A stretch of DNA of 33,657 nt from Bacilli bacterium (GCA_036657555.1 JAVXGE010000001.1:1-33657), one strand, 5' to 3'; positions 15,576 through 25,582 are shown, counted from the first letter of the stretch. Translations and numbers: made by a program. Notes: generated by a model from the letters alone, not told the origin.

Positions 15576-16022
15576 ATGAATAAAGTAATATTAATTGGTC
15601 GTCTTACGGCTAAACCAGAACTAAAATATTCGAATACAAATATTCCATATGCACGTTTTACGGTAGCAGTTAATCGTAATTTTACCGGCACAGATGGTAA
15701 AAGAGAAGCCGATTTTATCGGAGTTATCGTATGGCGTAAACAAGCTGAAAATTTATGCAACTATTTAAATAAAGGTAGTCAAGTTGCACTTGATGGCCAT
15801 ATTCAAACAGGCAGTTATACTGATAAAGAAGGAAATAAAAAATACACTACTGATATTGTTGCTGAAAACGTAACTTTTCTAGATTCAAAATCACAAACTA
15901 AAGGTAGTGATACAACAACACCTTATGATTTTCAAAAACCAACTAATGATATTAATGTTAATGGTGATCCTTTTGCCGATTTCGGTGATAGTGTTGCAAT
16001 TGATGACAACTTTTTAGATTAA
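15576..16022 (+). CDS. ssb: Single-stranded DNA-binding protein
   Basis: [20 protein letters not shown]-fold N-terminus and a Gly/Asp-rich tail. The C-terminus IDDNFLD differs from the usual DDDLPF tip. Confidence 0.9.
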   Translation: MNKVILIGRLTAKPELKYSNTNIPYARFTVAVNRNFTGTDGKREADFIGVIVWRKQAENLCNYLNKGSQVALDGHIQTGSYTDKEGNKKYTTDIVAENVTFLDSKSQTKGSDTTTPYDFQKPTNDINVNGDPFADFGDSVAIDDNFLD

Positions 16023-16035
16023 GGAGGATTTAATA

Positions 16036-16254
16036 ATGGCTGAATTTTATCGTAAAAAAAAGAAAGTATGCCAAATGTGTACTGGTCGAACAATCGATTA
16101 TAAAGATGTTGAAACGATGAAGAGATGTGTTAGTTCTGATAAAGGTAAAATTTTACCTCGAAGAATTACTGGGGCATGTGCTAAACATCAAAGACATATT
16201 GCTGAAGAAGTTAAAAAAGCTCGTTTTATAGCTTTAATACCATTTACTAAATAG
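16036..16254 (+). CDS. rpsR: 30S ribosomal protein S18
   Basis: [50 protein letters not shown] is the S18 signature. Confidence 0.95.
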   Translation: MAEFYRKKKKVCQMCTGRTIDYKDVETMKRCVSSDKGKILPRRITGACAKHQRHIAEEVKKARFIALIPFTK

Positions 16255-16266
16255 TAAGTGGTTTTT

Positions 16267-16578
16267 TTAACCCTTTTTTTTAAGGATAGACATTTCTTGT
16301 TGTAAAGAATTAATAACTTTTTGCATCATAATAATTTGTGAATCATTATCATTTAAATTATTATTAATAAGGTGACTATTACTAGCATTAGAAGTCTTAT
16401 TAAAATTATTTATAACTTGTTGTTGACTAGCATTAGTACATAAAGTTTGACCAATCATCATAAACCAATTACCAACAGAGTTTTGTTCGGCGGGTGTTAA
16501 ATCATCAATTAAAAGTAATCCAACAGCAACAGCACTAATAGTAAAAGTCGGAGCTTTTATATTGGGTAAAAAATTCAT
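16267..16578 (-). CDS. Hypothetical 103-aa protein (hydrophobic N-terminus, Asn-rich linker, C-terminal helix)
   Basis: SD AAGGTGA. Contains the motif DDLTPAEQNSVGNWFMMIGQTL, which I have seen in small uncharacterised Clostridia-type proteins but cannot name a family for. Confidence 0.55.
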   Translation of the reverse strand: MNFLPNIKAPTFTISAVAVGLLLIDDLTPAEQNSVGNWFMMIGQTLCTNASQQQVINNFNKTSNASNSHLINNNLNDNDSQIIMMQKVINSLQQEMSILKKKG

Positions 16579-16661
16579 AAATTATCACCTTATTTAAATA
16601 TATGTTATAAATGTATATTATTTTTAAAATAAACCATGTATAATGAAAAAGAGGTGTTTAT

Positions 16662-18854
16662 ATGAAACCAGAACTTTTATGCCCAGCAGGTGATTTTGAA
16701 AGCTTAAAAGCAGCCATTTTAGGCGGCGCTGATGCTGTATATTTAGGTGGAGAAATCTTTGGAGCTAGAACATTTGCTAATAACTTTACTAAGGATGAAT
16801 TAATCAAAGCGATTAATTATGCCCATCTCTACGGCGTTAAAATATATGTAACCGTTAATACTTTAATATATGAAAATGAAGTTGCTTCTTTTATGGATTA
16901 TATTGATTTTTTATACAAAAATAATGCTGATGCCGTTATTGTTCAAGACATAGGCATGATTGATTTAATTAGAAAAACTTATCCATTATTAGAAATTCAC
17001 GTTTCAACACAAGCCCATATTCATAATTTAGACGGTATTAAATTATGCGAAAGCTTAGGCTTAAAAAGAGCCGTTATCGCTCGAGAAACCGATTATAAAA
17101 CCATTGCCGAAATTAAAAAAAATACCCAACTAGAATTAGAAGTATTTGTTCATGGAGCACTATGCATTAGTTATTCCGGTCAATGTTTAATGAGTAGTTT
17201 AATTGGAGGTCGTAGCGGTAATAGAGGTAGTTGTGCTGGAAGTTGCCGCCAGAAATATAGTTTATTTTCAAATAAAAAAATAATTGATACAAACTATTTA
17301 TTAAGCACAAAAGACTTAAATAGTTTAGATGATATTGGTAAATTAATTGATATTGGTATTAACAGCTTTAAAATTGAAGGTCGCATGAAAAGCCCTAACT
17401 ATGTTTATATTGTAACTTCTTTATATAGAAAAGCTATTGATTCTTATTTAAAACTAGGCAAAGTTAATATAACCGCCGATGAATTAAAAGACTTAAAAAA
17501 GATTTTCAATCGAGGCTTTACAAAAGGTTTTTTATTTAACGATACCAATAAAAATATAGCTAACGGTTTTAGACCTAATCATTTAGGAATTGAAATTGGT
17601 AAAGTTATTGATTATAAAGATGGTTTTATGAAAATAAAATTAAATGATAACTTAAATTTACAAGACGGTATTAGAATTATTGGTAATCCTGATAAAGGAT
17701 GCACCGTTATTAGCATGTTTAAAAATAGACTTAAAATAACTAATGCAACATCAGGCGATATCATTGATATTCCTTTTAAAGATGAAGTATATAAAGATAA
17801 TATCGTTTTAAAAACAACCGATTACTTACTAAATAAAGAAATTGATAACATCTTAAAAGTCAAAAAAAGAAGGGTTTTAATAAATGGCTTAGTCGAAGCT
17901 TATCTTGATAAACCTTTAAAACTAACAATTAACGATGGTATAAATGAAATAATAGTAAATGGTAATTTAGTTTCCAAATCTTTAAATTGCCCAATTGAAG
18001 AACCAAAAATAAAAGAACAAATATCTAAAATAGGGGACACCGTTTATGAATTTGAAAATCTTAAAATAAACAAAGATGAAAATATTTTTATTTCAATTAA
18101 AGAATTAAATGATTTAAAAAGACATGCAACTGATTTATTAAATGAAAAAAGAATATATAAACTTCCTTATAAAAAAGAAATATATAAAACAGAAGTTCCT
18201 AATTTTATTAAAGAAGAACAATATTGTGCTTTAATAAATGATTTAGAACAATATAAAAAAATTAAAAAATGTAACTTAAAAAACATCTATTGTGATTTAG
18301 ACATTTATGACACTAGAAAAGTTTTAAAATTAGAACGCGTTATTAATGAACATAAAGAATATGATGAACCTTTATTAGTTGGTGAACTAGGAAGCGTAAT
18401 TAATGACTGTATAACCGATTTTTCTTTAAACGTCGTTAATTCATATAGTGTTGCTTTCTTACATAACTTAGGCGTCAAAAAAGTAACATTATCTTACGAA
18501 CTAAACATAGACCAAATAAAAGAATTAATAGACAATTATAAAACAAGATATGAAGCATTGCCTAATTTAGAACTTATCGTTTATGCTAAAGAAGAAATAA
18601 TGATTAGTAAATTTAATTTAAATGATTTTTATAATATTCAAGATCAAACTTATTTAATGGATCGCTTTGAAAATAAATATCCTATCATTATTAAAAATTC
18701 ATTAATGCATATATATAACTATAAATTTCGTAATTTAGACAATTATAACGCTTATTTCAAACTAGGTATTAATAGCTTAAGGTTTAACATTTTAGACACT
18801 GAAGACTTAGATAATTGTTTAGAAATAATGAAAAAGATTAAACTACATGAATAA
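16662..18854 (+). CDS. Long-form peptidase U32-family protein (RlhA/TrhP/UbiU-like Fe-S hydroxylase family)
   Basis: N-terminus MKPELLCPAGDFESLKAAILGGADAVYLGG. An exact CX6CX15CX3C cysteine motif is present (C168, C175, C191, C195; nt 17163-17246). 730 aa with an extended C-terminal region. Confidence 0.85.
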   Translation: MKPELLCPAGDFESLKAAILGGADAVYLGGEIFGARTFANNFTKDELIKAINYAHLYGVKIYVTVNTLIYENEVASFMDYIDFLYKNNADAVIVQDIGMIDLIRKTYPLLEIHVSTQAHIHNLDGIKLCESLGLKRAVIARETDYKTIAEIKKNTQLELEVFVHGALCISYSGQCLMSSLIGGRSGNRGSCAGSCRQKYSLFSNKKIIDTNYLLSTKDLNSLDDIGKLIDIGINSFKIEGRMKSPNYVYIVTSLYRKAIDSYLKLGKVNITADELKDLKKIFNRGFTKGFLFNDTNKNIANGFRPNHLGIEIGKVIDYKDGFMKIKLNDNLNLQDGIRIIGNPDKGCTVISMFKNRLKITNATSGDIIDIPFKDEVYKDNIVLKTTDYLLNKEIDNILKVKKRRVLINGLVEAYLDKPLKLTINDGINEIIVNGNLVSKSLNCPIEEPKIKEQISKIGDTVYEFENLKINKDENIFISIKELNDLKRHATDLLNEKRIYKLPYKKEIYKTEVPNFIKEEQYCALINDLEQYKKIKKCNLKNIYCDLDIYDTRKVLKLERVINEHKEYDEPLLVGELGSVINDCITDFSLNVVNSYSVAFLHNLGVKKVTLSYELNIDQIKELIDNYKTRYEALPNLELIVYAKEEIMISKFNLNDFYNIQDQTYLMDRFENKYPIIIKNSLMHIYNYKFRNLDNYNAYFKLGINSLRFNILDTEDLDNCLEIMKKIKLHE

Positions 18855-18900
18855 TGTATTTTTTCTTTATAAAAAACTTTAAAGAAAGTTCTAAAAAGGC

Positions 18901-19063
18901 TTGCTTTTCATATAATATCTATGGTATAATTTTAAATGTGTGACATGCACAGATGTGTAAGGTTGCCGATACGCCAGGTTAAGTTGAAAGACAAAACAAG
19001 GGTAAAACGGGTTATTTACACGGAGCAAGTCTATACCAGATATAGACGAAGGGAGGATATTAT
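18901..19063 (+). promoter_or_regulatory. S10-operon promoter and ~130-nt structured leader
   Basis: -35 TTGCTT (18901-18906), 18-nt spacer, extended -10 TGgTATAAT (18922-18930). The leader is visibly more G+C-rich than other intergenic DNA. It contains hairpin GTCTATA (19029-19035) / TATAGAC (19041-19047) and a long-range pairing GTGTAA (18955-18960) / TTACAC (19016-19021). Confidence 0.5.
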
Positions 19064-19372
19064 ATGTCTAAAGAAAAAGTTCGTATTAGGTTAAAAGCAT
19101 TTGAACACAAGAGTTTAGATAAAGCTTGTGCTAAAATTGTAGAAACAGTAAAGAGAACTGGTGGCGAAGTAAGCGGACCAATTCCATTACCAACTGAAAT
19201 CGAAAAAATCACTATTTTAAGAGCTGTTCATAAGTACAAAGATTCTCGTGAACAATTCGAAAAAAGAACACACAAAAGACTAATTGATATCAAAAATCCA
19301 AGCAAGGAAACTATCGAAGCGTTAACACACTTAGATATTCCAAGCGGTGTTGATATTCAAATTAAAATGTAG
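19064..19372 (+). CDS. rpsJ: 30S ribosomal protein S10
   Basis: [14 protein letters not shown]...GPIPLPT signature; first gene of the S10 operon. Confidence 0.97.
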   Translation: MSKEKVRIRLKAFEHKSLDKACAKIVETVKRTGGEVSGPIPLPTEIEKITILRAVHKYKDSREQFEKRTHKRLIDIKNPSKETIEALTHLDIPSGVDIQIKM

Positions 19373-19383
19373 GAGGAAAAATT

Positions 19384-20178
19384 ATGAAAGGAATCTTAGG
19401 TCGCAAAATTGGAATGACGCAAGTATTCACAAAGACTGGTAAATTAGTTCCAGTAACAGTAGTTTCAGTTGAACCAAATGTGGTAACACAAATTAAAACA
19501 AAAGAAACTGACGGTTACGAAGCAATTCAACTAGGCTTTGATACAAAACGTGAAAAGTTAGCGACAAAAGCTTCTATTGGTCAAACCAATAAAGCAAACA
19601 CTACACCTAAGCGCTTCTTTAGAGAATTTAGAGGCACAAACGTTAATGACTATTCACTTGGTCAAGAAATCAAAGTAGATATTTTTGAAGAAGGAGAAGT
19701 CGTTGATGTAACGGGAACCACTAAAGGTAAAGGGTTCCAAGGCGTTATTAAACGTCATCATCAAAGTAGAGGACCAATGGGTCATGGATCACATTATCAT
19801 AGAAGACCAGGTTCAATGGGAACAATGTTACCAATGCGTGTCTTCAAAGGTAAAAATTTACCAGGCCATATGGGCAGTTTAACAGTAACTGTTCAAAACT
19901 TAGAAATTGTTGCCGTTGATTTAGAAAACAACTGCTTATTAGTAAGTGGAAATGTACCAGGCTGTAAAAACAGCTTAGTTATTATCAAATCAGCCGTTAA
20001 AGCAAATGGTAAAATTAATGCAAGAGAAGAATTAATTTCTTACGAAACAGAAAAACCAGTTGTTGAAACAGTAGAACCAATTGAAGAAACAAAAGTAGAA
20101 GAACCTGTTACAGAAGTAGCAGAAACTGTTGAAGCCCAAAGCACTTTAGAAGAAACTAAAGAAAGCGAGGAGGCATAA
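19384..20178 (+). CDS. rplC: 50S ribosomal protein L3 with a ~57-aa acidic C-terminal extension
   Basis: [15 protein letters not shown]...[11 protein letters not shown] core. The conserved end ...IIKSAVKA is followed by an extra Glu/Thr/Val/Pro-rich tail up to the stop at 20178. Confidence 0.95.
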   Translation: MKGILGRKIGMTQVFTKTGKLVPVTVVSVEPNVVTQIKTKETDGYEAIQLGFDTKREKLATKASIGQTNKANTTPKRFFREFRGTNVNDYSLGQEIKVDIFEEGEVVDVTGTTKGKGFQGVIKRHHQSRGPMGHGSHYHRRPGSMGTMLPMRVFKGKNLPGHMGSLTVTVQNLEIVAVDLENNCLLVSGNVPGCKNSLVIIKSAVKANGKINAREELISYETEKPVVETVEPIEETKVEEPVTEVAETVEAQSTLEETKESEEA

Positions 20179-20179
20179 T

Positions 20180-20803
20180 ATGAAAAAATTAGATATTATA
20201 AATCTTAAAGGCGAAAAAGTTAGCGACATTAAATTAAACGAAGAACTTTGGGGCATTGAACCAAACGATGCCGTTTTATATGATGCATTAAGATTAGCTA
20301 GAAATAATTACCGTCAAGGAACAGCTGATACTAAAACACGTAGTGAAGTACGTGGCGGTGGTAAAAAACCATGGGCTCAAAAAGGTACTGGCCGTGCACG
20401 ACAAGGAAGTACAAGATCACCACAATGGGTTGGCGGCGGAGTTGTTTTCGGACCACATCCTAAAAGCTTTGCAATTAAGATGAACCGTAAAGAACGTCGT
20501 TTAGCTTTAAGATCAGCACTAGCTTATAAAGCTTTAGAAAGCAAATTAATCGTTGTTGAAAATTTTAATCTTGAAAGTGGTAAAACAAAAGAAGCTAAAA
20601 CAATCTTAGAAACATTAAAAATCGATAAGAAAGTTTTAATCGTTGTTGATGAACTAACAGATAACTTAATTTTAGCAACACGTAACTTATCAAAAATCTT
20701 ATTAGCAACTGTTAATGAAGTTAACACTTATGACATAATTGCTGCCGATACAATGATAATTACACAAACAGCAATGCAAAAGTTAGAGGAGGTGCTTGTT
20801 TAA
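20180..20803 (+). CDS. rplD: 50S ribosomal protein L4
   Basis: [20 protein letters not shown] signature; operon position. Confidence 0.97.
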   Translation: MKKLDIINLKGEKVSDIKLNEELWGIEPNDAVLYDALRLARNNYRQGTADTKTRSEVRGGGKKPWAQKGTGRARQGSTRSPQWVGGGVVFGPHPKSFAIKMNRKERRLALRSALAYKALESKLIVVENFNLESGKTKEAKTILETLKIDKKVLIVVDELTDNLILATRNLSKILLATVNEVNTYDIIAADTMIITQTAMQKLEEVLV

Positions 20804-21084
20804 TGGATAACTATAGAGATATAATTAAAAGTCCTATTTTGACAGAAAAGTCATCAACTTTACAACAAAACGCTAACACATACACATTTAGCGTTGATAC
20901 TAAAGCAAACAAGACACAAATCAAACAAGCTATTGAAGCTATTTTCAATGTTAAAGTTGAAGAAGTAAATACAATTAATGTAAGAGCCAAATATAAGAAG
21001 GTTGGCAAATATGCTGGAAAAACTAACAAAGTTAAGAAAGCTATTATTAAATTAAAAGAAGGAAGTTCAATCGAACTTAACTAA
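20803..21084 (+). CDS. rplW: 50S ribosomal protein L23
   Basis: IIKSPILTEKS...YTFSVD signature; TAATG overlap with rplD. Confidence 0.95.
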   Translation: MDNYRDIIKSPILTEKSSTLQQNANTYTFSVDTKANKTQIKQAIEAIFNVKVEEVNTINVRAKYKKVGKYAGKTNKVKKAIIKLKEGSSIELN

Positions 21085-21101
21085 TCTAAAAGGAGGAAAT
21101 T

Positions 21102-21932
21102 ATGGCAGTCAAGACATATAGAGCAATGACACCTGGAACAAGAGGGATGTCAACCATTATTAATGATGAAATTACCAAAACGGTTCCAGAAAAATCATTG
21201 ACTGTAACTCTTACCAAAAATGGTGGACGTAATAACCAAGGTAGAATTACGATAAGACACCGTGGTGGTGGAGCAAAAAGAAAATATCGAATAATTGACT
21301 TCAAACGTGATAAAACTGATATTATTGGAACTGTTTCAAGTATTGAATATGATCCAAATAGAACAGCTAATATTGCTTTGATTAATTATGCCGATGGTGA
21401 AAAAAGATATATTTTAGCTCCTAAAGGTTTAAAAGTTGGGGATAAAGTAGAAGCAGGTATTAATGCTGATATTAAAGTAGGTAACAGCCTACCACTTAAC
21501 AAAATTCCTGAAGGAACAACTATTCATAATGTAGAATTAAAACCCGGTAAAGGCGGTCAAATGGCTCGCTGTGCTGGTTCTAGCATTCAAGTATTAGGAT
21601 TTGAAGATAAATATGCTTTACTTAGATTAAGTAGTGGTGAAGTAAGAAAAGTTTTATCTGTAAATCGTGCTACAATCGGTGAAGTAGGTAATGGTGATCA
21701 TGAATTAGTAAAATTAGGTAAAGCCGGTCGTAAAAGACATTTAGGCATCAGACCTACAGTTCGTGGTTCTGTTATGAACCCTAACGATCACCCTCATGGT
21801 GGTGGTGAAGGACGCGCACCTATTGGTAGAAAATGTCCAGTTACACCTTGGGGCATACCAACCCTTGGTTTCAAAACTCGTGATAAGAAAAAGGCTAGCG
21901 ATAAACTTATAGTTCGTCGTAGCACAAAATAA
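21102..21932 (+). CDS. rplB: 50S ribosomal protein L2
   Basis: [18 protein letters not shown] signature. Confidence 0.97.
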   Translation: MAVKTYRAMTPGTRGMSTIINDEITKTVPEKSLTVTLTKNGGRNNQGRITIRHRGGGAKRKYRIIDFKRDKTDIIGTVSSIEYDPNRTANIALINYADGEKRYILAPKGLKVGDKVEAGINADIKVGNSLPLNKIPEGTTIHNVELKPGKGGQMARCAGSSIQVLGFEDKYALLRLSSGEVRKVLSVNRATIGEVGNGDHELVKLGKAGRKRHLGIRPTVRGSVMNPNDHPHGGGEGRAPIGRKCPVTPWGIPTLGFKTRDKKKASDKLIVRRSTK

Positions 21933-21948
21933 AAGAAAGGATGATTAT

Positions 21949-22218
21949 ATGGCTAGAAGTTTAAAAAAAGGCCCTTTCATTGATGAACATTTATTAAAAA
22001 AAGTAAAAGCCGTTAGTGAAACAGGTAAAAAAGAAGTTATTAAAACATGGTCTCGCCGTTCAACAATTTATCCTGAATTTATTGGACACACATTTGCTGT
22101 TCATAATGGTAAAGAATTTATTCCTGTCTATGTAACAGAAGATATGGTAGGACATAAATTAGGTGAATTCGTTCCAACTCGTAAATTTGGTGGACATACA
22201 GATGGTAAAAAATCTTAG
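21949..22218 (+). CDS. rpsS: 30S ribosomal protein S19
   Basis: [12 protein letters not shown]...[23 protein letters not shown] signature. Confidence 0.97.
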   Translation: MARSLKKGPFIDEHLLKKVKAVSETGKKEVIKTWSRRSTIYPEFIGHTFAVHNGKEFIPVYVTEDMVGHKLGEFVPTRKFGGHTDGKKS

Positions 22219-22233
22219 GAAGGAGTGTATTAA

Positions 22234-22569
22234 ATGGAAACAAGAGCAATTGCTAAAAATGTTAAAATAGCGCCTCGTAAAGCTCGTTTAGTTATAGATT
22301 TAGTACGCGGCAAAAGCGTTATTGAAGCAGATAAAATATTAAAAAATGTTAATAAAGAAGCTGCAAGATTAACTAGCAAAGTTTTAACTAGTGCTACAGC
22401 TAATGCTGAAAATAATTTAAGCTTAAACAAAGAAAATTTATATGTTAAAGAAGCTTATATCGATGAAGGTATAGTTTTAAAGAGAATGAAATTTGGTTCT
22501 CGTGGGCATGTTAATCCAATTAAAAAGAGAACAAGTCACATTACAATCGTTGTAAGTGAAAAAAATTAA
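22234..22569 (+). CDS. rplV: 50S ribosomal protein L22
   Basis: [16 protein letters not shown] signature; operon position. Confidence 0.95.
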   Translation: METRAIAKNVKIAPRKARLVIDLVRGKSVIEADKILKNVNKEAARLTSKVLTSATANAENNLSLNKENLYVKEAYIDEGIVLKRMKFGSRGHVNPIKKRTSHITIVVSEKN

Positions 22570-22586
22570 AGAAAGGTGGGAAATTC

Positions 22587-23261
22587 ATGGGTCAAAAAGT
22601 TAGTCCAATAGGACTTCGTATTGGTATCAATAAAGATTGGCAATCTAGCTGGTATGCAGAAAAAGATTTTGCAAAATACTTAAATAATGATTATAAAATT
22701 CGTCATTACTTAGAAAAAAAACTAAAAGATGCCTCTTTAGCTAGTATCTTAATTGAAAGAACAGCTACCAAGACCGATGTAATTATCAATACTGCTAAAC
22801 CGGGTGTCGTAATTGGCCACGGTGGTGAAGAAATTGAAAAATTAAAGAAAGAATTAAATAAACTAGTTGGTGAAAATATTCAAATATCAATTATGGAAAT
22901 TAGAAATCCAGATGTTGTAGCTGCTTTAGTAGCAGAAAATATTGCTCATCAAATAGAAGGTCGTGTTTCATTTAGAATTGCTCAAAAAAGAGCTATTAGA
23001 AACACAATGAGAGCAGGAGCAAAAGGAATCAAAACAGCTGTTTCTGGACGTTTAGGTGGAGCCGATATGGCAAGAACTGAAGGTTATAACGAAGGAATGA
23101 TTCCACTACATACTTTAAGAGCTGATGTTGATTATGCTCATAAAGAAGCCAACACTGCTTACGGTAAAATTGGCGTAAAAGTATGGATTTTTAAAGGTGA
23201 AGTTTTAGCTTCCAAAAATAAGGGAGGTAATAAAGATGGCAGTAATACCAAAGAGAACTAA
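22587..23261 (+). CDS. rpsC: 30S ribosomal protein S3
   Basis: [20 protein letters not shown] signature and a KH domain. The short Lys/Asn/Gly C-terminal tail overlaps the rplP start by 26 nt. Confidence 0.97.
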   Translation: MGQKVSPIGLRIGINKDWQSSWYAEKDFAKYLNNDYKIRHYLEKKLKDASLASILIERTATKTDVIINTAKPGVVIGHGGEEIEKLKKELNKLVGENIQISIMEIRNPDVVAALVAENIAHQIEGRVSFRIAQKRAIRNTMRAGAKGIKTAVSGRLGGADMARTEGYNEGMIPLHTLRADVDYAHKEANTAYGKIGVKVWIFKGEVLASKNKGGNKDGSNTKEN

Positions 23262-23667
23262 ATATCGTCGTCCACATCGTTTACCTTATGATGGCTTAGC
23301 TAGAGGAAATACCGAATTACATTTTGGAGAATATGGTTTACAAGCTTGTGAAGGAGCTTGGATTACCCAACAACAAATAGAAGCAGCTCGTGTTGCAATG
23401 ACCCGTTATATGAAACGTGGCGGAAAAGTATGGATTAATATTTTCCCTCATCTATCATTAACGAAAATTCCATTAGAAACTCGTATGGGTAAAGGAAAAG
23501 GTCAACCAGAAGTATGGGTTGCTGTTGTAAAACAAAACAAGATTATGTTTGAAATTGCTGATGTTGATGAAGCTACAGCTCGTGAAGCATTACGTCTTGC
23601 TATGCATAAACTTCCAATCAAATGTAAATTTGTGAAAAAAGAAAGTGGTGAAGCAAGTGAAAAATAG
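23236..23667 (+). CDS. rplP: 50S ribosomal protein L16
   Basis: [15 protein letters not shown]...ETRMGKGKG signature; SD AAGGGAGG lies inside the rpsC 3' end. Confidence 0.95.
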   Translation: MAVIPKRTKYRRPHRLPYDGLARGNTELHFGEYGLQACEGAWITQQQIEAARVAMTRYMKRGGKVWINIFPHLSLTKIPLETRMGKGKGQPEVWVAVVKQNKIMFEIADVDEATAREALRLAMHKLPIKCKFVKKESGEASEK

Positions 23668-23851
23668 TGAAATAAGAAACATGACAACTGAAGAATTAAC
23701 TAAGAAAATTAGTGAATACAAAGAAGAATTATTTAACTTGCGTTTTAGCCAAGCAACTGGTAGTTTAGAAAAACCATCAAGAATTAAGGAACTAAGAAAG
23801 TTAGTCGCACGTATGAAAACAATAATTCATGAACGCGAACTAAACAATTAG
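23657..23851 (+). CDS. rpmC: 50S ribosomal protein L29
   Basis: Starting at GTG 23657, the product (M)[29 protein letters not shown] aligns end to end with typical L29 (MKANEIR..T.EL). The ORF-track start at 23645 would add 4 non-conserved residues. Overlaps the rplP end. Confidence 0.85.
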   Translation: MKNSEIRNMTTEELTKKISEYKEELFNLRFSQATGSLEKPSRIKELRKLVARMKTIIHERELNN

Positions 23852-23860
23852 GAGGAAAGT

Positions 23861-24118
23861 ATGGAAAAAAGCAAACGTGAATTAATCGGAAAAGTTGTTG
23901 GAGCATCTTGTGATAAAACAATAACTGTTCGTATTGATACATATAAAATAGACACTAAATATGGTAAACGTGTTAAATATTCTAAAAAATATGCAGCACA
24001 TGATGAAAAAAATGAAGCAATCGTTGGCGATACTGTCCGTATTGCAGAAACTAGACCACTATCTAAAACTAAACGTTATTGCTTAGTTGAAGTAGTAGAA
24101 AAAGCAATTATTTTATAA
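23861..24118 (+). CDS. rpsQ: 30S ribosomal protein S17
   Basis: [18 protein letters not shown]...[26 protein letters not shown] signature. Confidence 0.95.
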   Translation: MEKSKRELIGKVVGASCDKTITVRIDTYKIDTKYGKRVKYSKKYAAHDEKNEAIVGDTVRIAETRPLSKTKRYCLVEVVEKAIIL

Positions 24119-24143
24119 TTGTTAAGCATAAGGAGGATTAATT

Positions 24144-24512
24144 ATGATTCAACAAGAAAGTCGTCTTAAAGTTGCTGACAATTCAGGAGCTCGAGAACTT
24201 ACTGTTATTAGAGTTCTTGGTGGTAGTAAAGTTAAGACTGGTAATATTGGTGATATAGTTGTTGGAGCTGTTAAAAAAGCTACTCCTAACGGTACAGTCG
24301 ACAAAGGAAACGTTGTTAGAGCTGTTGTCGTTAGAACTAAATTCGGCCAAAGAAGAGCTGATGGTTCTTATATTAAATTTGATGATAACGCTTGTGTAAT
24401 TATTAAAGATGATAAAAGTCCAGTTGGAACTCGTGTCTTTGGACCGGTAGCACGTGAATTGCGTGATAGAGATTTTATGAAAATTGTATCACTAGCTAAA
24501 GAAGTGTTATAG
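24144..24512 (+). CDS. rplN: 50S ribosomal protein L14
   Basis: [18 protein letters not shown] signature. Confidence 0.97.
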   Translation: MIQQESRLKVADNSGARELTVIRVLGGSKVKTGNIGDIVVGAVKKATPNGTVDKGNVVRAVVVRTKFGQRRADGSYIKFDDNACVIIKDDKSPVGTRVFGPVARELRDRDFMKIVSLAKEVL

Positions 24513-24521
24513 GAGGAAATT

Positions 24522-24830
24522 ATGAACTTTAAAAAAGGCGATAAAGTCGTTGTCATAGCTGGAAAAAGCAAAGGCAAAGAAGGATCTATTATCGACATTT
24601 TAAGAAATGAAAATAAAGTTGTTGTTGAAGGCGCAAATATGATTAAAAAGCACCTTAAACCAAATGGTGAAGCTCAAGGTTCAATCGTTGAAACAGAAGC
24701 ACCAATTCATGCTTCAAATGTTATGATCTTAGATACAAAAACAAAAAAACCAACTCGTATTGGTCATACAACTAATAAAGATGGTAAAAAAATAAGATGT
24801 ACAAAAAAATCTAACGAAAAACTCGATTAA
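24522..24830 (+). CDS. rplX: 50S ribosomal protein L24
   Basis: [21 protein letters not shown] motif; operon position. Confidence 0.95.
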   Translation: MNFKKGDKVVVIAGKSKGKEGSIIDILRNENKVVVEGANMIKKHLKPNGEAQGSIVETEAPIHASNVMILDTKTKKPTRIGHTTNKDGKKIRCTKKSNEKLD

Positions 24831-24847
24831 GGAAGGGAGGGTAATTT

Positions 24848-25387
24848 ATGAACCGCCTAAAAGAAAAATATAATAATGAAATTAAAAAAGAATTACAAAC
24901 AAAATATAAATACAAAAGTGTCATGGAAGTTCCTAAATTAGACAAAATTGTTGTTAATATTGGTGTTGGTGACGCTACTCATAACAGTAAAATGTTAGAA
25001 GCTTCATTAAATGAATTAGCAATCATTACAGGTCAAAAACCCGTTGCTACAAAAGCTAAAAAAGCTATAGCTGGGTTTAAAGTAAGAGAAGGGCAACCAA
25101 TCGGTTGTAAAGTAACTCTTCGTGGCGAAAATATGTATAATTTTTTAGACAAACTAGTTAGTATAACATTACCACGTGTTCGTGACTTTAGAGGTTTATC
25201 TAATAAAGCATTTGATGGCCGTGGTAACTATACTTTAGGTTTAACTGAACAATTAATCTTTTCAGAAATTGAATTTGATAATGTTATCAAAGTTAGAGGA
25301 ATGGATATTGTTTTCGTTACAACGGCTAAGACTAATGAAGAAGCTCATGACTTATTATTAGGTTTTGGAATGCCGTTTAAGAAATAG
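24848..25387 (+). CDS. rplE: 50S ribosomal protein L5
   Basis: [12 protein letters not shown]...[13 protein letters not shown]...VRDFRGL signature. Confidence 0.97.
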   Translation: MNRLKEKYNNEIKKELQTKYKYKSVMEVPKLDKIVVNIGVGDATHNSKMLEASLNELAIITGQKPVATKAKKAIAGFKVREGQPIGCKVTLRGENMYNFLDKLVSITLPRVRDFRGLSNKAFDGRGNYTLGLTEQLIFSEIEFDNVIKVRGMDIVFVTTAKTNEEAHDLLLGFGMPFKK

Positions 25388-25396
25388 GAGGAAATT

Positions 25397-25582
25397 ATGG
25401 CTAAAAAAAGCATGATTATTAAAGCTAGTCGTAAACCTAAATTTCAAGTTCGTAAATACACAAGATGTAGCATATGTGGAAGACCACATGCTGTTTTACA
25501 AAAATATGGTATTTGCCGAATTTGTTTTAGAGAATTAGCTTACAAAGGACAAATACCAGGAGTTACAAAATCAAGTTGGTAA
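25397..25582 (+). CDS. rpsN: 30S ribosomal protein S14, type Z (zinc-binding, 61 aa)
   Basis: [23 protein letters not shown] has CxxC...CxxC; the short 61-aa length is typical of S14 type Z. Confidence 0.95.
   Translation: MAKKSMIIKASRKPKFQVRKYTRCSICGRPHAVLQKYGICRICFRELAYKGQIPGVTKSSW

Noticed and set aside
15560-15760. 66-aa minus-strand ORF across the rpsF-ssb junction
   Set aside because: It is antisense to highly conserved genes and has no SD.
23645-23656. ORF-track GTG start at 23645 for rpmC (L29)
   Set aside because: End-to-end alignment by eye with typical L29 (MKANEIR...) fits GTG 23657, which has GGTGA 5 nt upstream. The earlier start adds four non-conserved residues. ATG 23681 would delete the conserved N-terminus.
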